Assembly: GCA_036229005.1 (NCBI GenBank)
Contig: JAZAMN010000071.1
Coordinates: 96,001-160,000, forward strand
Direction: 5' to 3'
DNA from: Myxococcota bacterium
Lineage (GTDB): Bacteria > Myxococcota_A > UBA796 > CAJQPC01
Length of the DNA: 64,000 nt
Position numbers and translations under genes: made by a program. Each line of letters starts with the position of its first letter. Position 1 is the first letter of the stretch. Below, piece after piece: positions 63,928 to 64,000 of this stretch. Under the pieces are notes generated by a model. The model saw only the letters and a list, made by a program, of their open reading frames with translations. It was not told the DNA's origin and did no database searches.

Positions 63928-64000
63928 GGCAGGCTCCCGGGCTTCTCCAGCGCGACCAGGGAGGCCACGGGGGGGAGGAGCTCCTGGCCCTGCAGGACCT
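63924..64000 (-). CDS. 3' end of an upstream CDS (partial, runs off the window)
   Basis: Open frame ..VLQGQELLPPVASLVALEKPGSLP* whose TGA overlaps the ubiX GTG (GTGA). Confidence 0.5.
   Translation of the reverse strand, partial: VLQGQELLPPVASLVALEKPGSLP

Noticed and set aside
63924..64000. Naming the partial CDS at the right edge
   Set aside because: Only 24 residues visible; not enough to assign a family

Overview
Very GC-rich (about 70% by eye), gene-dense bacterial chromosome segment. The gene content points to a Myxococcota-like organism (inference): six Hanks-type Ser/Thr kinases, MYXO-CTERM-like tails, a myxococcal Cys-rich repeat, a DUF1592/DUF1552 pair and DxDxD acidic linkers. About 45 CDS are supported. 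They include an O-antigen-ligase-like gene and an SGNH hydrolase, a kinase-TPR-solute-binding-protein operon, a thrombospondin-like surface protein, a GldA/F/G-like ABC operon, gloB, phoD, two tandem hybrid histidine kinases, five chymotrypsin-fold surface proteases, four kinase-STAND-ATPase-TPR paralogs plus a PP2C phosphatase, RegB/RegA and a futalosine-pathway menaquinone operon. I saw no rRNA, tRNA, CRISPR array, transposase or phage gene. The most interesting unexplained signals are: (1) three intergenic elements with the same architecture, two inward-facing arrays of 31-bp repeats (core KCA-N8-TGAAYGC) whose arm-to-arm distances differ by about whole helical turns; (2) a candidate sigma54-dependent, multi-hairpin, terminator-ended sRNA of about 170 nt; (3) pervasive ultra-short signal peptides with no basic n-region; (4) a recurring TAnnnT box 6-8 nt before start codons, suggesting leaderless mRNAs; (5) an MqnA fused to a CxxxCxxC-less MqnC/MqnE-like domain. 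All calls come from reading motifs by eye; no searches were run.
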